A model generated the notes under the pieces. The model did not search any database. It saw nothing but the letters and a program-made list of their open reading frames with translations, and was not told where the DNA came from. The position numbers were made by a program, and so were the translations under genes. A stretch of 31,059 nucleotides of DNA. It comes from Candidatus Eiseniibacteriota bacterium. GTDB lineage: Bacteria > Eisenbacteria > RBG-16-71-46 > DASYSL01. This document shows positions 27,890 to 31,059 of the stretch, piece by piece. Where the stretch lies: NCBI GenBank assembly GCA_046598045.1, contig JBKJJJ010000067.1, positions 1 through 31,059 on the forward strand, written 5' to 3'. Each line of letters starts with the position of its first letter. Position 1 is the first letter of the stretch.

Positions 27890-29361
27890 CGGATGATCGC
27901 CCGCTCTGGACGTGGTCCGCCGGCGCCCTCGCCGACGCCGTCGACGCGCAGCAGCTCCAGGCAGCGGACGTGGTGCGCGCACACGAGGCGCAGGCCGACG
28001 CCTGGGAGCCGCACGTCCACGCGTTCCTCACGCGGGTGCCGGGGGGCATCGCCCGGGGCGAGGGTGACGGGCTCGCGCCCGGACAGCGCCCGCTCCTCAG
28101 CGGCGTGCCGGTGGCGGTCAAGGACAACCTCGCGACCCACGGCGTGCGCACCACGTGCGGCTCGAAGATCCTCGAGCACTACGTGCCGCCCTACGACGCG
28201 ACCGTGGTGTCGCGGCTCAAGGCGCACGGCGCGGTGATCGTCGGCAAGACCAACCTCGACGAGTTCGCGATGGGCTCCTCGACCGAGAACTCGGGCTACG
28301 GGGCCTCGCGCAATCCCTACGACATCTCGCGCGTGCCGGGCGGCTCGTCCGGCGGTTCGGCGGTCGCGGTCGCGACCGGAGCGGCGGCGGTCGGCCTGGG
28401 ATCGGAGACCGGCGGCTCCGTCCGCCAGCCGGCCGCGTTCACGAATCTGCTCGGTCTCAAGCCCACGTACGGCCGGCTCTCGCGCTACGGGTTGGTCGCG
28501 TTCGGCAGCTCGATGGACCAGGTCGGCGTGTTCTCGCGCTCGGCGTCCGACGGCGCGCGCGTGCTCGCGGCGCTGTCGGGCCATGACCCGCTCGACGCCA
28601 CCTCGCTGCCCGGGCCGGCGCTCGACTTCGACGCGCTCGATCTCGGCCCGGACGCCGCGCGCGGCCTCGTCGTCGGCGTGCCGCGCGCGCTGCTCGGCGA
28701 TGGGCTCGACGACGACGTGGCCGAGGGGCAGCGCATCGTCGAGGCCGCGCTCCAGGCCGCGGGTGCGAGCGTGCGCGAAGTGCATCTCCTGCCGCCCTCG
28801 TCGTGGGTCGCGACCTACTACCTGCTCGCGACCGCCGAGGCGTCGAGCAACCTGGCGCGCTTCGACGGCATTCGCTACGGGCTGCGCAAGAACGCAAAGA
28901 GCGTGCTCGATCTCTACCGCGAGACCCGCGAGGCCGGCTTCGGCGCCGAGGTCAAGCGGCGGATCCTGCTCGGCACCTACGCGCTCTCGGCCGGTTACTA
29001 CGACGCCTACTACGGCAAGGCGCAGAAGGCGCGGCGGCGCATCCAGCAGGACCTCGCGGCGGCGCTCGAGGGCTGCGATGCGCTGCTGTTCCCGACCACG
29101 CCCACGCCGGCCTTCAAGCTCGGGGAGAAGGCCGACGATCCGCTCGCCATGTACCTGAGCGACATCTTCACGATCGGCGCGAACCTCGCGGGCCTGCCGG
29201 CGCTGTCCGTGCCCGCCGGTTTCACCGGCGGGGGTCTGCCGGTCGGCGTCCAGTTCACGGCGCGCGCCTCGCGCGAGGACCTGCTGTATCGCCTCGCGGC
29301 CGCGCTCGAGCACCAGTTGACCGATCCGAAGGAGCGCCGGTGGCCTACGAAACCGTCCTAG
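27886..29361 (+). CDS. gatA: Asp/Glu-tRNA amidotransferase subunit A
   Basis: VAVKDN, GKTNLDEFAMGSSTE, PGGSSGGS, GSETGGSVRQPA, SSNLARFDGIRYG, EVKRRILLGTY; ATG 27886 overlaps the gatC stop. Confidence 0.97.
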   Translation: MTDDRPLWTWSAGALADAVDAQQLQAADVVRAHEAQADAWEPHVHAFLTRVPGGIARGEGDGLAPGQRPLLSGVPVAVKDNLATHGVRTTCGSKILEHYVPPYDATVVSRLKAHGAVIVGKTNLDEFAMGSSTENSGYGASRNPYDISRVPGGSSGGSAVAVATGAAAVGLGSETGGSVRQPAAFTNLLGLKPTYGRLSRYGLVAFGSSMDQVGVFSRSASDGARVLAALSGHDPLDATSLPGPALDFDALDLGPDAARGLVVGVPRALLGDGLDDDVAEGQRIVEAALQAAGASVREVHLLPPSSWVATYYLLATAEASSNLARFDGIRYGLRKNAKSVLDLYRETREAGFGAEVKRRILLGTYALSAGYYDAYYGKAQKARRRIQQDLAAALEGCDALLFPTTPTPAFKLGEKADDPLAMYLSDIFTIGANLAGLPALSVPAGFTGGGLPVGVQFTARASREDLLYRLAAALEHQLTDPKERRWPTKPS

Positions 29362-30800
29362 GACTCGAAGTCCACATCCAGCTCGCGACCCGGAGCAAGC
29401 TGTTCTGCGCCTGCCCGAACGAGTTCGCCGGGGAGCCGAACACCCGCGTCTGCCCGGTCTGCCTCGGGCTGCCCGGCGCGCTCCCCACGCTCAACGCGGG
29501 CGCGGCGACCATGGTCGCGCGGCTCGGGCTCGCGCTCGGGGCCAGCGTGCACGCGCGCTCGATCTTCGCGCGCAAGAACTACTTCTACCCGGACATGCCG
29601 AAGAACTACCAGATCTCGCAGTACGACCTCCCGCTCGTCACCGGCGGTTTCCTCGACATCGGCACCGCGGCCGCGCCCCACCCGGTGCCGATCACGCGCG
29701 TCCATCTCGAGGAGGACACCGGCAAGTCGTCACACCCGGAGAAGGACGGCGACCGCGAGGAGACGCGGCTCGACTTCAACCGCTGCGGCGTCCCGCTCGC
29801 CGAGATGGTGTCGGAGCCCGCGCTGCGCTCGGCCGACGAGGCGTTCGCCTACCTCGTGGCGCTGCGCCGGCTGGTGCGCTGGCTCGGCATCTCCGACGGC
29901 GACATGGAGAAGGGCAGCCTGCGTTGCGACGCGAACGTCTCGCTGCGCCCGATCGGACAGATGGAGTTCGGCACGCGCAGCGAGATCAAGAACCTGAACT
30001 CGATCATGGGCGTGAAGAACGCGATCAACGCCGAGGTCCTGCGCCAGGCGAAGGTGCTCGACGAGGGTGGCACGATCACGCAGGCAACGCTGCTGTGGGA
30101 CCAGGACAAGGAGCGCCTGCAGGTGATGCGCAGCAAGGAGGAGGCGCACGACTACCGGTACTTCCCCGAGCCCGACCTGCCGCCGCTCGACTTCACGCTG
30201 GAGGCGCTCGAGGACGAGCGCCGCGCGCTGCCCGAGCTGCCGCTCGCGCGCGCGCGCCGGTTCGAGTCGGCGCTCGGGTTGCCGGCGTACGACGCCGACC
30301 TGCTGACCGACAGCCGGGAGATCGCGGATTACTTCGAGGACACGGTCCACAACGGAGCGCCCGCGAAGGCAGCCGCGAACTGGATCGGCAACGATGTGCT
30401 GCGGACGCTCAAGGAGTCAGGCCAGACGCTCGCCGAGTTCGCGCGCGCGCTCCCGGCGGGGCGCTTCGCGGAACTGCTCACGCTCGCAGCAGGGGGTACG
30501 TTGTCCTCGAAGCTGGCGCGCGACGTGTTCGCGGTGCTGCTGCGCGAAGAGGGCTCGCCCGCCGAGCTTGCGAAAAAGCACGGGCTGGTCCAGGAGTCGG
30601 ACACGGAAGCTCTGCTCGCCGTCGCCGAGGCCGTGCTGGACGCGAACCCGTCGGTCACCGCCGACTTCCTGGGCGGCAAGGACAAGGCGCTGACCTTCCT
30701 CGTCGGGCAGCTCATGAAGGAGACGAAGGGCCGCGCCAATCCCGGTCTGGCACAACAGGTTCTGCGCGAGGCCCTGGGGCGCCGGGCGACCGCGGGCTGA
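29340..30800 (+). CDS. gatB: Asp/Glu-tRNA amidotransferase subunit B
   Basis: YETVLGLEVHIQL, CPVCLGLPG, RKNYFYPD, YQISQ, DYRYFPEPDL, GQLMKETKGRANP; GTG start at 29340. Confidence 0.97.
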   Translation: MAYETVLGLEVHIQLATRSKLFCACPNEFAGEPNTRVCPVCLGLPGALPTLNAGAATMVARLGLALGASVHARSIFARKNYFYPDMPKNYQISQYDLPLVTGGFLDIGTAAAPHPVPITRVHLEEDTGKSSHPEKDGDREETRLDFNRCGVPLAEMVSEPALRSADEAFAYLVALRRLVRWLGISDGDMEKGSLRCDANVSLRPIGQMEFGTRSEIKNLNSIMGVKNAINAEVLRQAKVLDEGGTITQATLLWDQDKERLQVMRSKEEAHDYRYFPEPDLPPLDFTLEALEDERRALPELPLARARRFESALGLPAYDADLLTDSREIADYFEDTVHNGAPAKAAANWIGNDVLRTLKESGQTLAEFARALPAGRFAELLTLAAGGTLSSKLARDVFAVLLREEGSPAELAKKHGLVQESDTEALLAVAEAVLDANPSVTADFLGGKDKALTFLVGQLMKETKGRANPGLAQQVLREALGRRATAG

Positions 30801-30836
30801 ACCTCCGTGGACGAGGTCGGCGGGGTTGACGCCAGG

Positions 30837-30955
30837 ATGGATTTCGACGAGGACCTCTCGCGCTGCGGCGACCAGCTCGCCGCTGAGGCCGATCCTGGGC
30901 CGGGGCGGAGCGTGCTCGTCGTCGTTCCCGATCGCACGCGGCCCACTCCCCTCGA
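30837..30955 (+). CDS. 5' fragment of a probable LarA (lactate racemase / DUF2088) superfamily gene, truncated by the terminal fold-back
   Basis: GRSVLVVVPDRTRPTPL resembles the LarA N-terminal V-V-x-D-x-T-R-P-T-P motif; the inverted copy continues DRTLPAVLE. In-frame GTG 30807 is an alternative start. Confidence 0.45.
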
Positions 30956-31059
30956 GAACCGCCGGCAGCGTGCGGTCGAGCGGAGTGGGCCGCGTGCGAT
31001 CGGGAACGACGACGAGCACGCTCCGCCCCGGCCCAGGATCGGCCTCAGCGGCGAGCTGG
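30872..31059. repeat. Perfect 78-bp inverted repeat running to the window end
   Basis: 30872-30949 is the exact reverse complement of 30982-31059; after one mismatch the pairing extends by 5 bp (ctcga/tcgag). Confidence 0.95.

Noticed and set aside
28399..28434. GatA GSETGGS instead of GSDTGGS
   Set aside because: A conservative change; the catalytic Lys/Ser/Ser motifs are intact

Overview
A GC-rich, densely packed window from a diderm bacterium, with every credible gene on the + strand and many start/stop overlaps. The rplM-rpsI-rpsB-tsf order and the envelope proteins suggest an FCB-superphylum relative such as Ca. Eisenbacteria, but that is inference. Gene order: rel-dtd-maf | rplM-rpsI-rpsB-tsf-pyrH-frr-uppS-cdsA-dxr-[GT4-GT4-O-antigen-ligase-like]-rseP-[3-POTRA Omp85/TamA-like]-tamB-[zinc peptidase/beta-propeller/Omp85 fusion]-[orphan secreted protein]-pcrA/uvrD-gatCAB-[LarA-like fragment]. 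Most of the window is housekeeping. The notable part is the envelope block at 10.3-25.2 kb. A glycan cassette splits the usual dxr-rseP pair, and two different Omp85 barrels flank tamB. The second barrel is fused to an HEXXH gluzincin domain and a TolB-like propeller through a linker rich in D-(S/T)-hydrophobic motifs, which are possible O-glycosylation sequons. Two sigma70-type promoters and an rpsB (S2/t44-like) leader are visible. The window ends in a perfect 78-bp fold-back that is probably an artifact. No tRNA, rRNA, CRISPR array or mobile element was seen.
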